Origin: Nitrospirales bacterium
GTDB taxonomy: Bacteria > Nitrospirota > Nitrospiria > Nitrospirales > UBA8639
Direction of reading: 5' to 3'
Length of the DNA stretch: 64,000 nucleotides
Assembly (NCBI GenBank): GCA_965203295.1
Contig: CBDBCZ010000016.1
Coordinates: 608,001 to 672,000 of the forward strand
A model generated the notes under the pieces. The model was not told where the DNA came from, did not search any database, and saw only the letters and a list, made by a program, of their open reading frames with translations. A program made the translations under genes and the position numbers. Positions 41,301-56,300 of the stretch are shown here, piece after piece. Each line of letters begins with the position of its first letter. Within the stretch, counting starts at the first letter, position 1.

Positions 41301-44300
41301 GGGTAATCACATGGATTCGAGTGCGATTTGGGAATAATTGCATGAGCAATAGGCAAGGTAATTGCATGAGCGAAGCGAGTGCAATTTTGCCTTTTGCAAA
41401 TGCAATTACTCCCAAATAGTACGAGAATACATGTGATTCCATGTTAATCACAGCTCCTATAGCTGTAGCCTTTGTTGAAATAAAAAAGTGTGCGATTACA
41501 GAAAGTGTGCTATTATGGAATCTTGCCTATAGGGATGAATGTACTGTTACAAATATACCATGTGATTAGTGCAGTAATCAGTTGCTTGAGCACAGCTAAT
41601 GGCACACCAATGCTGTCATTGCACCCAGTACATTGTTGGGAAACTTTTTTTGCGAATCTGCATTACTCTTGCATATGTACTGTGACCTATACACTAGCCA
41701 TACTTTTTCTTTATAGAACTTAGAAGCAGTAGGTTTGTGTTATTTGTCTTTATAGAACTTTGAACCTGCAGTTTCAAGGTGGTCTGAAATAAAAATCTCA
41801 TTACAACCACTTGCATTAGAATGTTTCTCTCAACAGGACTGTCATAAATATCGCTTAAGTCCTGAAGACATTGAAGGTTTCAAGCGTGGCATTTCTTTGG
41901 GTCGGGCATTTGACCTACCTACAGAGTTAATGTTTAGCACCAGACACATTGGCCAGTTGCTGACTCCAAAGGCTGAATATAAAGTCCACCATTTCCGTAA
42001 ACAAGGGTAAGTTAGAACCTAATAGTCAAACTAGTAAGTATCACTTTGTCTCTTGGTGTGCAAGGCTAAATTTGTAGAATTTTTAGCCTCCTTATGACAC
42101 TCATTTGCTACAGCCATGGGTATCATGGGTCTTCAAATCCCAAAGTGTATCTCTGCCAATGTTAGACCCAATTGCTAGGTTTATGAACTGCATCCATTTC
42201 TCACATGCATATTATAGGAATGTACTAACTGCTATTAAGGAGTCATTTACATGTACTGGTGAAGAATTCATGGAGTGTGTTGCTGAGAGGCTGAGAGTTT
42301 ACTATGATGATTGGATAAAGGGAAAGCGTCGAGGATGGATAAATGCTTTAAGTGCTGAGGGGACCAGATTAGGAGCAGTTAAAGATGTAAGTTTCAGACA
42401 ATATCCCGAGTGAATAATTACCTGGTATATCTCTTGATAAGGAAACAAGTACTGGTACAAACAATTTCAGCAACTGCAGAAATGCCTGATGGGGTGTGCT
42501 ATCCCTATACGCAAACTTTCATTTAGCAGTTGTAACATGCAAGAGGATTAACCATACTCCTAACCCTAATGTGACTTTTTACTATCTATGGATACAAACA
42601 TGGCACTAGCTGCAGGAGTGTAGACTATATTGTATAGTAAAATATGACAACAACATGTGGTAAGTGTAGGCAGACAATGAAAAAAGCAAGTAAATGCAGG
42701 AAATGTAGAGCAATCATATCTTAGTTTACTTTTTGCGTGTGTGCCTGGCTAGTAAACAGAGGAGCTTCTCTCATTAAAGTACCAGTGCCTGAGAATATGT
42801 AAATTATTGTAAGACAGATATCTACCACATAATAGTTTAGCTATGGGAAGTTAAAGTTTGCACTGATTGTGGGTACAGTATAATAGCTGGAGACACTGAT
42901 GGATATGTTCTATACCTGTTGTTGTTACCTTAGTCTCCATGTATAATTTTGGTGCCTTTACAGTAGCTTTTCCAAAAATACTCACTTAACATATTCCTAC
43001 TCCTCTGCTTAGTACTTCCCTTCCCAAAAAACCTTTTTTCCGAAAAATCTGCTGGCGAAACATGTGACTAATTGATATGGGCTTAAGGTGCATGCATAGC
43101 AATGGCTGTGGTGTTATACATGGTGAACAACTAGGCATGCAAAACTTGCCTATAGCCTTTCGCTAGTGTACACTAGCCTGGCAATGGTGCTGAAGACTGT
43201 CTATCTGGGAATGTCTACTATATAAGAAGAGTTTCCGGAGATCCCTGTAGAATTAGTGAATGGGACTTCTGCTGAGCAAGCTTTGCATCTCGTCTGAGTT
43301 TTAACAGTTTCATAGCAAGTTTTCTTTTGTAGTCATGACATTGTGACCATTGATCTACCTACCTTTGCTCCCCATTAGCAGTTGTGTCAGCTGTAAAAAT
43401 ATTACTCCCAGCATGATATTGTGATTTGTAATAATATATTCATGTTACTGCCTTAGCGCTTATACCATTGACTGCGCACCCACACACTCAGGCAGAGCTT
43501 GTACTCAAGTACACAAATTGTGTAGTTTCTACTATTCCTAAGTTGTAGGCTAGTTAGGGTGGCTGAAGTCTATATTTCTCACAGTTGCAGGCCTGTGAAC
43601 ATTTATGTTCTGTGTCATTTCTTACAGGGTCTGTATTTTGTGGATGGTCTACTACAAGTTGTCATTGTTAACAAATGGAGTTTTGAACAATGGAATAAGT
43701 ACTTTGAACGCTGGTTAATGCTGCTGCTGAGCCTGGTTGATTTTGAGATGAGCCCACATAATTGCTTGGAAGCAATGCTATCTTCAGACTACCTTGTAGT
43801 AGCAAAGTACCGAACATTTCTTCATGCAAAAGTAAGCATGACAGACAACAAATTTCTGTACAAATTATTTTAAGGAGTAGAACTTGTAATAAACTGCTTA
43901 TGTGCATTTCTGATCAAGAAGACCTGTAACCAAATAAATCTACTTTGGAGCATTGGGTAAGAGCAGGAGCACATGAACTTCATAAGGGTAGCTACGAGCA
44001 GCATGCAACTCCAGACATAGAAATCTTGTAGAGTAGAGCTACTGTCATGGCGTATGAGAAAAGTGTGAGCAGCTAGTCTACTACGGCACTGAATCTACAG
44101 AGTGTAGTTTTGTGAGCTCATATTCCAAATAAGGCGAAGATTTACTTACTTATGATGCACTCCTGGTAATTATATTGGAATGCTCTCTTGTCCTACACCT
44201 TGATGGTACTATCTACCTGGTGTAGATTATTGATGAGACCAAAAAGTCACTCGATAAGCTTCCAGTGCACCAACTTGTCAGTGCTTGGATTAGTATATGG

Positions 44301-47300
44301 CCAGCTCAGGTAAGTACCTCCATCACATAAATATAATGAAGACATGTAAATCCTATACTTGCTTGCTGTTCACAGCTACTGGAGGACTATCTTGATGGGT
44401 ATATAATACCACAGTCTTTTGTACTTTCAGAGCCAAGATGGAAGAACTTTTTTCATATAGTAACAAAAAGGCAAGTTAGACCTAAACAAAGGTGGCGGAA
44501 ACCAGTAAGGCTGGTCTGGTTTTGGCTGGGTCACTTTTAGCAATTGAAGTAGGCAGCATTTTTATGTTTTTATATGTTCTGATAGGCCAGACAACCCCTA
44601 AACTACTTCTATAACTCCCACTTTTTTAAAACGTGCATTATTGCTCAGCACTGAAAGTTTAGTCTAAATCTAAAGCCCATGCAGGTTGCCTACTGATGGT
44701 GTGGTTTAACTGATTCGTAGCTATTACTGCACTTAGCATGTGCAAATTGTAATCAGCAGTCACTATGTAATCAGTGCTAGATATGAAGTGTGTAAGCAAA
44801 ATGAATTAACGAAGGGCACTATAAACTGCAGCTCCAAGGGCTGTATATGAAATACACAAGTGTATGTGTTTCCATACAGCCCACCTGGAGCTGCAGTTTA
44901 ACTGATTTGTAGGAAGGAATGGTTGAGCGTGTTTGAGTTAGCAGTAAGTGCAGTCAGCATAGTGGGTTACTGTTCTAGCTGTCTGTAGCTGGTCAGTTAC
45001 CTGGCCAAACTGGTGTGATTTTGGTGGGACCGCTTTTCGGCAAGTGAAGTAAATAAATTTTTCTGTGGGTCCGCAGCCTCTGCCAGGATATATACCACTC
45101 CTAAACCTTTTCTGCTAGAGTGCATTTTGGATGAGTACATTAGTGTATTAATGTGTTCATCGCGCAAACACAATTAATCACAATTTATATGTTCTATATT
45201 TTTATCTGTATGCCAAATTTATTGTTCTGCTGAAGACTCATACAGCATCAGCCACAGCTAATGTAGGAGAGTAGAGAGACGGGCTGTGCTGCTTAAAACT
45301 TGCATTTGATCACTGAATCATGCCATCCATTTTTGACACTTATGTGTTTCTACTTATACTTAGGCTGCACAAATTGCACTAACTTTCAGAGTTTCCTTTT
45401 GTGAACACACCCCTTCCCCCTCCTGAAGCCCGGGAAGTGTACGTACTTCACTATCATGCTGGTTATTTATGACCAGTGGCCTGCTGAATATTGCATCTGT
45501 AACCATAAAGTAGTGGTACATGCACTATGTACTTGCACATGTACACAAGTATGTAGTGTTATATTATGCAAGTCACCTAATGCAATATATGTACATGTAT
45601 GTATTGCTTTATTGTATACTGCACATATGTTTATTTCTATAAAGGTTTCCAAGTGCTACTCACCAGAAGGTTCTCCATAGATTCTTGATTAAAATAGCAG
45701 CTCACTATCAGCAAAAGCAGAAAGCTTCCCAGTTTATCCCAGAACTCTTGCAACTGGGAGTCCCTAACCTCTTTTTAATACAGCTTGATTCCAATGGACA
45801 AAAATCCCAGCAAGATGAGCTAGCAGTTACTGAGTTTGAACATGATCTTCAAAAATTTATTCGTCGCAACGAACTCAGATACGATCTTCTTTCTCAAACC
45901 AAGCAAATGCTGGTAATTGCTTATGAAATTTATTTAATGGTCTAAGTTTTGATAGTATTTTGTATTCTTTTACACACAGTCCTACATCACTACAAAGAAA
46001 AACTTCTTTCAGGAAGTTGTTCTGGCAACAGTATGTAAGGTATACCAATCATCATTGAGTGAGTCAAGATATTTATAGTAAAAAATTATTCATTGTATTT
46101 TTTTATTGTAGGAAATAATTCCTGAGACCGGTGTCCTAAAAGACAAGAACTCTGTTAAAATTGCAATGGATACAGCCATCAGTGTTCTGAAAACCAATCT
46201 AGAATGGGTGCAAAAAGAGCCATCTCTTAAGCAGAACTTTTGTCTCGAGTTTATGTGTGCATGTTGTGCCAGAATACCATTAACTGACATGGAATTTGAC
46301 TGGATAAAGGAGTATATAGGCATTATTGAAAAATTGGGGGAGGTGTTTTGTTTCTATTTATCATCAAGGCACCTGGTCAGAAAGCAAACCACTTTATGTG
46401 ACTTTTTACCTGAAGATGTTGAAGAAAGCCCCTCAAAATCTGTGTTGCGCTACTTTCACTGGATTCAAAGAGTCCACAAAATATTGTCATTCTGGAAATC
46501 CAAACTTGACAATCAGTCGGCAGACTATGATTACATGCATGGATATTTGCAGAATTACCGACACATTCACAAACTTGCTAAAGCTGTTGGAGGAACTAGT
46601 CTGGTACTTTCACCCCAGAAGGTATCGCAAGTGCAGGATAGTTTTTTACAGGACTTTGAATTGCTAAATCAGTTGCTATTGAAGTACATTTCTGATGAAC
46701 CAAAGGCAGGATGGTAAGCATTTATACTTACATTTGGCTTTTTTAATGATTGCTCACCCTATCAGGCTTTATATTAGGACTGAAAGGCTGTATATTCACT
46801 TTCATAATAAAACATTACTATTGGATTTACTGCCCTGTACTATCACCAGTACTAGAGTTCATTGTGCACTTATGTTTCTTGCGATTTTAGTGATAGACTT
46901 ATGCAAGAATTTAGTTCTCAATTGATAGCCTATAACTTAAACCAAAGACAGTTTAGTACTTCCACTTTTACCCTCTTGGTCAATGACTTCGTTAACTTAA
47001 TGCCATTGCTTGCAGCAGATGCTAACAGGTCAACATAAATGCATCTGTGACTCAGCAAAAGCTACACATACTACTATGTACATATATAGGCACACACAGT
47101 AGAATGACTAGCCTGCACAACAGTCACATGGGGCTCAATCATGCTGTGCTCGCCTGGCACAGTCACTTAGGCAGTATAGTCATGCTCTCTAGTGCACAAA
47201 AAACTTCGAATACAGCACTCAAATGTAATGGTTGCAAGTCCATGCTTAGCAGTAACATACTACTAAATTAGCTGAATTTCATTAATATCAGTTTGGGAAG

Positions 47301-50300
47301 CTGGGGTGTTTTTATGTAGCTAGCTATCTGTGTTGCACAGGCATTTGAATGGCTTTGTATAATATCAGGTAGAGTATTACGCTATTGCACATCCTTATAC
47401 TGTATATATTGCACTTACTGCGGTACTTTAAGTAATGAAAAAGCTACATGCGTATTGCCCATGGAGTAATGTGTACACCTGTAGGTCTCTATACACACGT
47501 ATGCTATAATAAGCTTAATTCTATTCTTAGGTGCTCAATAATGGACATTCTTTCTAAGAATAGAGTTGAAATTCCCCAAAATCTCCATGAAGCCATGAGT
47601 CAGCATATTCTGTTTCCCAATGAGAAACCAGCTAAATTTGAACTTTTAGTCAATCAACCATCACCTTCTACTTCAGGGAACTTCCATCCTCATAATCAGG
47701 AAATCCGCCTCTGGCTATCAAAGAAGTTGAGTCTAACTTTGCTGCACTCAATCGTTGATAAGCTGAATGCTTTAATAGCACCGATTCTGGAACATGTAGA
47801 CTTCATGGTTTATTTTGAGCTGCATCCCAACATGTTTGTCAGCATTTATCTACAGCAAGCTATGCAGGAGTTCACTCGTGTAAAACCATTCATTAATACT
47901 CTAGATCTAAAAGAAGCTATAGAAAGGACAAAATCTCTCCTTGATAAAGTACTAAAAGGAACAGCATCATATGGAGATTTGATTGCAAATGGTAAACTTA
48001 ACTTGGAAGCTCTCAACATAGATGAAGAATTAAATGGGCTAGTAGAATGCAGGTACATTGGATTGTATGGAAAGGCAGGACTGGCTGCATTAACGAGTCT
48101 CTTGAAACTCTTTCAGTTTATAAGATACATTCCTATTATTAAAGAAGTTTGCCAGCAGTACCAACTTGAGCTCTGCTTAAATGATCCTCAATTAAGAGAA
48201 GTTTTTGAATTGGCTAAACCATTACAGTGCCAGGAAGCACGAGAGAAAGTTACTCCCACAGACGCAGAAGGCAAGTGGAAGGTAGTCTGCAAGGCACTCT
48301 GTATTAAAGAAGATGCCAGTCCAAAGTGCCTTGATTTGTTTCCCAAGGTTGCAGATAGTGCTGATTTTTCCAGCTTCCTTAAAGAAAAGCAATTTATAGG
48401 AACGGAAGGAGCAACCCGTTTCATTCAGGAGTTTGAACTCATCACTGCACAGCTGCAGCACAACGAATATCATGAAATGGTTCTAAACCACTTGTTTGCT
48501 GCTTTTCGGTTTATGGCCCCTTTCATGGACCCAAGTCATGATTCACTCCACTCTCTAATGACTGCTGTAACAGAACTTGATTTACCTGAAGGACTTCCAC
48601 AGCTTGAAACAGTAAGAGATAACATGCACCTTATCCGATTTTGGTTCTCACAGACTGAAGAGAATGTATGGAATCAATTAGATAGTATTTGGAAAACTGG
48701 ATATTATCAAATAAAATTTTCCATGGCAGCTGGAAGAAATTGCCTTCAAATAATACTTGACTATGAACCATCAGCTACAATGAATAAGCCTGCATTGTTG
48801 AGGCATTTAAGCAATGATGGGGCTGAAGAGAACCAGCAACCGGAAGCTTGTGCAAAGGAGACTCTGCATAGAGATCAGATTGATGATTTTGTACACAAAC
48901 TTGGTTTTTTAGATCCTCAAAAAGACAAGAAAGGGGAGCAGCAGCAGAATAGCAGGAAAGAAGATAGAAGTGACCATGAAAAAGACAATGCACTAGTACA
49001 GCATTTCTTACATTTGAACGGAGTGAGTGTGATTGTTACCCTATCTGTATATAAATAATTGTAAGTTAACAGTCATGTTTTTGCTGCAGGTTGCCTACAG
49101 ACTTCTTGACCTGTTTGGAAAGCTTAGAGAACTTTGCCACCCAGAGTATTCAAAGAAAGACTTTAAACAAATCCTGAAATGTTCCACATCATTACCTGTT
49201 GCCAATGGAAAAGTACGTTATTGACACTGCTTTATGTATACATATTATAACTTTGATTGTTAATTGTCTTAGGTTGGTGAAGCAGAGACAGTTCTAAGAG
49301 AGTGGATAAATAAACTGAAGGAAGTACACAGTACTTACAGATGGCTACTGTTTTTCCGTGTTCCCAAGTTGATGATGCTATACGAAGCCCTGGCAGCTGA
49401 AAAACCCTCTATACCTACGATACTAAATGAAGTAGGTTTCCTCTTTAAAAGAGATCCTGACACAAGAAAACTACTCTGCACTGCTCTTGAGGTAAATTTA
49501 TCATATTTACACTAATTTTTGCAATTTATAATTTTATTGAATCCTTTTTCAGAATGCTAAATCCTGTGTAAACCTGGCTGCAAGCCCTTCACCACTGGAT
49601 GTAGCGGGATTATTTCTGGAAGAGCTTTTTAAACAACATCATATGAAGAGTTGTTCACTATCAATATGCTATCAGAGAGACTCAGACTCTGAGTTTCTTC
49701 ACAGTGTTAGTTCAAAAGCAGTTAGCACCCTTCACTGTACTCCAAGTTATTCACAGAGTCAGTTGATCCGACTTGTTCTATGCCTTTATGGTAGTCTACC
49801 AAATGCTTTTGAGGTTCTCCATTGCAAGCCATCAACCACAGAGCAAGAGCTGAAGCTGTTCATGGAAAGAATTGCCCAGCATCCTCGGCAGTACACTATG
49901 TTAGAAATTAATCATCTACCATACCAACTTCAAGAGGTTAGTCTGAAACAAAAGTATAGGTGTGTCATGCTGTAATGTTAAGTATCCTGTGTTGCCTCAG
50001 GTTCTATTGCAGCTTTTATTAAAGCTGAAGCTTGAGTTACCTGGTAGTACTTCTGTTCACTTCATTGAAACTTCCCCGTCGGTGCTTCGAGAGGTATCAT
50101 GGCTTAAAAAAGTTATGAACTATAAGGTATTATATATAAAAACGTAACAATAGTATTATATTATTGACCATGTGACCATGACAGTTTGTACGTCTTACAG
50201 GAAGATGGACCACCCATGACTATTGAGAAGGCTGAAACCATTTGCTGGCAAACTAGACTACAAGAAAATGAAGATTTTTCTTGTATTGAACTTGTTTACA

Positions 50301-53300
50301 GTTTACCTGGTATGTGATTAACACAAGACAAGCATGCATTACTAAAATAATATACCTGCATTATGATTTTTTTTCTCTAGGAAATGGTAAAACCCATTAC
50401 ATTAATGAAAAACTGAAGCTAGCTGATAAAGAACACCAAGTTACCATTGCAGTCAACGAAGCATTTTCTACTGTCAGTGCAATTGAGAAGCTGCATTCCC
50501 TACCAAGAAACACAAAGCATTGTGCCATTTTCTTCAACTTTACCATACTTCCGCCTGTGGTAAGCTCTGTTGCAATAGTACTTGTCGAAAGACGGTATGA
50601 TCTCACTCTGTGAATACACTATGTAATAAATGTTCTGTTATTCCAGACTAAGTTTGGGTGTAGCACGTTTCTCGTGTTTAGGAGATGGGGGGATGGCCTA
50701 TAATGAGAGAGTAATTACAGTTGGAATTGGCTGGGTCCTACTGGCAAGTGCTACTAGCGGGTTTAGTGGCTATATAAAGCTTGCCTACTGCTAAAGGTCC
50801 TGGGTTCAATCCCAACCTGGGTCCTGATTTTTCGGGATTTCTTTACTCTCTCAGAAAGCTTATCTCCTCACAGAAGTTTGCAATGTGATTACTTAGTTTT
50901 CAGTTCTGTGTCCCTTAGTGGTTTAATTACCCCGGCAGGCTGATTCAGACTAAGTTTGGGTGTAGCACATTTCTCGTGTTTAGGAGATGGGGGAATGGCC
51001 TATAATGAGAGAGTAATTATAGTTGGAATTGGCTGGGTCCTACTGGCAAGTGCTACTAGCGGATTTAGTGGCTATATAAAGCTTGCCTACTGCTTGCCAA
51101 GGGGGCTCCGGTAGCTCAATTGGTAAGAGCATCTGACTAGTATTCAGAAGGTCCTGGGTTCAATCCCCAGCTGGGTCCCGATTTTTCGGGATTTCTTCTC
51201 TCTCAGAACGCTTATCTTCTCACAGAAATTTGCAATCTAGGTATAGGTACCCCATTCACAAAAGGTACCATTGGGTTTACAAAGTTTAAATGCTGAGACC
51301 CTACAGTGGAATCGCAAAACATTAGGCAGTCTATTTTATTACTGTAATGAAATGAACTTTCTGATATGTACAATGTATTATGTTGAAAGAAGCCTGCTGA
51401 TTTGGTAATGTGTTAGTTGGCTATACCGTATGCATCCTCTCTCTTTGAAATTGCTGATAGAAATCTGCACATGAAGAAGAGAAAGAACATTATCAGCAGT
51501 TGATGAGGGAAGTGGGGTGGTTTTTCTTTGATCTCCTGTTTCTTTGCTATGTGGAAGATCCAGCAACTGGAATATCATTTCAGATCCCAGGTGGCTTGTC
51601 GTGGGCAGTGTATGTCGAGGTAAGCTTAACTCTGGAACTGAATTTTTTCACTTTAAAACTAGTGGTTGCTCCAACAGGTTCCTTCTAGAGCCATGGCTGA
51701 AGAATTGTCTGAGCATGATTTTCTTCTCCACTTCAAAGAAGAGATACCAGCATTGGGTTTTTTGGGGACTCCTCGACATATTGATCCTGGCTGTGATTAC
51801 AGGGTAGATAAGGATGTTCAGCTTGTATGCAAGTATTTGAAAGCATATGATTCTGGAGCTATTGATATGCTCTATAAAGAAATTAGAGGCAAGTGGGCAC
51901 AGTGAACAGGTGCATGGCTTTATTTTTGTTGCTACAATAATCCAGAACACTCTTTTAACAGGTAAAGTGATTAAGTTTAGTATGGATCCTGACCTAACAC
52001 ATGAAGATTGTAAATGCCTCCTTCAAAAATATATGCCAACTCATATCAATCGAAACAAGATAACTCAAAAGCTATACATCCAGTGAGTATTTTACTTCAT
52101 TGAGATTGCATGAACGAGTGTTATACTATTTATTTGTTGAACAGGTACATGAAAAGAAGGTGTACGTTCCTGGACAACCTTCCAGCATTCAACTATAATA
52201 CTGGTGTTGGTGAATACATTGCAGTGAATGGCAAAAAAGAGCAAACGAATACACGTCAGCTGGGGTCTACCCTAGTGCAAATGATGCTAAAAGAAGTTGT
52301 TGATTTTTGTGACCCTACCATCAAAGATGACTGGTCACATAAGGCTCACCAGCAAGTGAGTGAAAAATCATATTGAATTTTCTATTGATATTCAAACAAG
52401 GTGTAGCAATTTGTTGATACGCATAGTTCACTACTACTATAATATACCACTGCAGCTGATCTATGACTTCAAAGATGGAGGTGGAAGTCTTGGTTTAATT
52501 TCTCTACTTCCGGATGAGCTGCCTAGAGAAGATCGTGAGAGGTTTATTAAAATTGGAGTGGAAACCCCCTCCATGGAGTAAGTGCATAACAAATTTGAAT
52601 AATTACCTTTATTTGGTTTACTTTAACTTCCAGTAGAGGGGCTTAAATTCATTAGCAATAATAGACAATACAGATCACGTCATACCCAAGTCAAGGGGAA
52701 CATGTAGGAAGAGATAATGGGTGCTAGCCTATTGTTCTTATAATGGGTATTACGCATACATAGTTTACCTCAGTGACTTTTACAACATTTCTCCTAACAG
52801 GGAACTGTATTCCAGCAAAGTTTTGCATAAGTATCTGTCTCGATCACTCAATATTCCTCTCAAGAATGACCATCTAATACCAATTCAGGAGAGTCAGTAT
52901 GTACTTACCCTTGATTACACACTGAAGATGCTCAACATCCATGAGCGATATGAATGTGGGATACCTGTGATTATAGAAGGGGAGACAGGGGTGGGGAAGA
53001 CAGCCCTTGTTGAGATGCTTTCTAAGCTTTGGAATCACTCCTGGGTTGCACAATGGGAAAGATATAAAGATCGCCTAGTGGAGTCAGTGAAGAGGAGGCT
53101 AAAAGGTACATGCAGTTGTGTAATATAGATAAGCTATTGATTGGTTGTAATAGTGAATCACAGCTTGAAATATTGACAGATTTCCACTACATACTTGCAT
53201 ATTTCTGTGGGGTCCTACATGTAAGTCTGTCATGTTCAGGTGAATAGCCGCATAGCTACCTCTGCTATGAAGTAATGATAATACAAGATGACAGTTAGTG

Positions 53301-56300
53301 TATTCCATTGAAGTATAGTGCCCAGCTAGTAAATGCACTGACATTTGACCACCATAAAAAAATCTGTCACTACCTCTGTACTACTCCTTGCTATGCGACT
53401 AAGATTGTTCATGGATACGTACATTTTGGGATACTGACTATTCTGTTGAACTATCGAGCATACTTAAGCATTGACTACCAGGCCACTTCTCTCTCTTCCC
53501 CTGTGTCATTTATGAAACTGCTCATTTACACTATAGCTCACTGCACCACATACCTCTATTCCTGGTTATGTAGATTTACCTACAGATTTCATTGCTGACC
53601 ATAAACATGCTGTGTGTGTGGACACGGTGTATAACTTGAGTTCTGGGAAGCAAGTTGCAGAAGAAATGCTGAATGAAATTGTGCAACTTCCAGATAAATC
53701 AGGAAGTGGATGGTTTTATACTGTGCTAAATCAGTCATTGAGAAAGCTAAACGGAGACCCAATATTTTCTATTCTGAGTGTTGAGTTACATGATGGAGAA
53801 AGTTTAAATGATGCTTTCTGTGCCATTGAAGAAGATTCATCTGAGGTATATTTGCATGCTTTGTAGACATCTATGCAATTTATCATGTTTATATATACAC
53901 ACCATTAGGCTACAGCACACTTACTATACATTATCTTCAGTGCTACTGTGAAGACTACATTTCACAAACTGAATGTTCATGCAGGTAATGAATGCATAAG
54001 TTTTATTAAATAATTTTAATTATTGAATTCTTATTTTCTATTAGCTCTGCAACCAAAGGAAATAGAAGCATTTTTTGAAAAAGTATTTGAACAGTCTTTT
54101 GCAATACAACAAGCATACAGTAGCTGTGATCCAGCTCAGAGACCCAATTTCAGAGTCCCTTTTGTTACCGTAAGTTAATATAATACATGACAACTTATCC
54201 ATTAATTGGTATGTTGTTTGCTGTTCGTATTTTAATTTAGGCATACTTAGATGAAATCAACACAGCTTCCTGCCTGGGACTGTTTAAAGAGATAATTGTT
54301 GACAGAACAATTGATGGGAAGGTAAATCCATAGGCTTCGATTCTGTGGTATTGAGGAAGGGATTATCATTATCTTGTGACATTCTTCCTACATCCATGAG
54401 CCCTGTTACAAGGCTATACAATAATAAAGTCCCTAATACATAATTTCCCAACTGCAATGAGTTGTACTGCAGCACATGTAGCTTCATTCCACGGCAAGTT
54501 GGCTTTCATTTCCATCATCATAGTAGTAATGGAAATCTTATATTCACTGTAGAGAATTTGTGTACCTGCAACAGCCTTCCAGTATCAATTCTGCATGAAT
54601 CTTACTAGTATGAATGACTCCTTAATTGCAGGCAGGTACAAATTTTATAGTCCTCCACATTAATAGTGGTACTCTTGTTCCACAACAGCCCATACCTGAG
54701 AATGTATTCATAATTGCTTCCTGCAATCCTCACCGGGGAGACATTTTAGCAGCCATTAAAGATCAAGAATCATGGCTGAAAGGGACCTATTATGTTCGAA
54801 AACTTCACCCTACCCTGCAATCGCTCTTGTGGGACTATGGGTCACTTAATGAACAACAGGAGCGTGAGTATGTAAATGCTAAAATGGAAATGCTCACCCA
54901 ACAGTCCACTGAGAGTACCACTAATACAACAATGTCTCCAGAAGATATTGCTAGTTTAACTGATCTCATTCTTGAAAGCCAGCAGAAGATGCGGGAGTAT
55001 GCTTTTGAGCAGCTGAAAAAATTATCTTGTGTTGACATTTCACAACCTGAGGCAAGAGTTTGTGCCAAGAGCTCTGTCAGTCAAAGAGATATTCATAGAG
55101 TATTTACATTCTATAAATGGCTAATGACAACGTATGTCCAATTCAATCCTCATAACGAGTCGACTGAGTCGTATCATCGTCGTGCAGTCATGGTATCACT
55201 AGGTATAGTGTACTTCATGCGACTCAACTCAACGTATCGAAGCAAGTACAGGCTCTTCCTTGATTACTTTGATCATCTACCTAATGAAGTAACATTTTCT
55301 AAGGCCTTTGAAAGTGAGTTAAAATGGTACATTGACAGAATTGAGCTTCCTCCTAGTATTGCCAAAACAGAGGCTCTAAGAGAGAATGTTTTTGCAACCA
55401 TTGCATGTACCATGACACACACCCCTCTAATCATTGTGGGTGACCCTGGTTCTTCAAAAACCCTGTCTTTTAACATTGTTATTGCAAACTTTAAAGGAAG
55501 CCAGTCCAGAAATGCTACTTTTAGGCACACAGATTTTTTTAAGTCCCTGGATGCCCACTTTTATCAGTGTTCACGGAGAACTACTTCAAATGAAATTGAA
55601 AAAATCTTCAAAAGAGCTATAACTCGCCAACGCAGTCTTCACAATATTCCCTTGCCTGTTTATTGTGTTGTGTTTATGGACGAAGCTGGTCTTCCAGAAG
55701 ATAAACTTGAATCACTTAAAGTTTTACACTACCACCTAGACAGCAAGGAAGTTTCATTTGTTGCCATTAGTAATCACGTCCTTGATGCTGCCAAAACCAA
55801 CAGAGCAGTTAGCATCTTCAGACCAAAGGCAACTGTCCGACAACTACATGAACTAGCAAAAGGAAGCATTCTTCCACCTGGTCAAAGTAAACCTTCAGAG
55901 GATCAAGAAGACCTACTGAACAAACTCTGCTCTTCATACAACAGAATACACTCACATGAGGAATTCCGAAAGCTCTTTGGTTTACGTGACTTTATTCATT
56001 TTGTTATATACCTGCGCCGCAAAGGCAGAAGATACTTGGATGCCCAGCTGATTTTGGAAGGATTAGAAAGAAACTTCGGTGGTAGTAGAAAATTTCATGA
56101 GCTCTGCCGAATATTTTTTGATGAGGTACGTAAGGTTCACTAAATACTATCAGTTTCCAATGTGCTACTACTATGCAACTAGTTTCATTAACAAACTAGA
56201 GGTTGCCTTCCTACACAGCTATAGTTAAAAAAATTTGGTCTTTAATTATACCATGAATTAAATGTCTTAAGTAGTATTGTTGAATGGTTAAATGATCACT

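Noticed and set aside
48860..48915. SAM domain (QIDDFVHKLGFLD)
   Set aside because: Only the first helix resembles SAM; the following sequence is a charged linker
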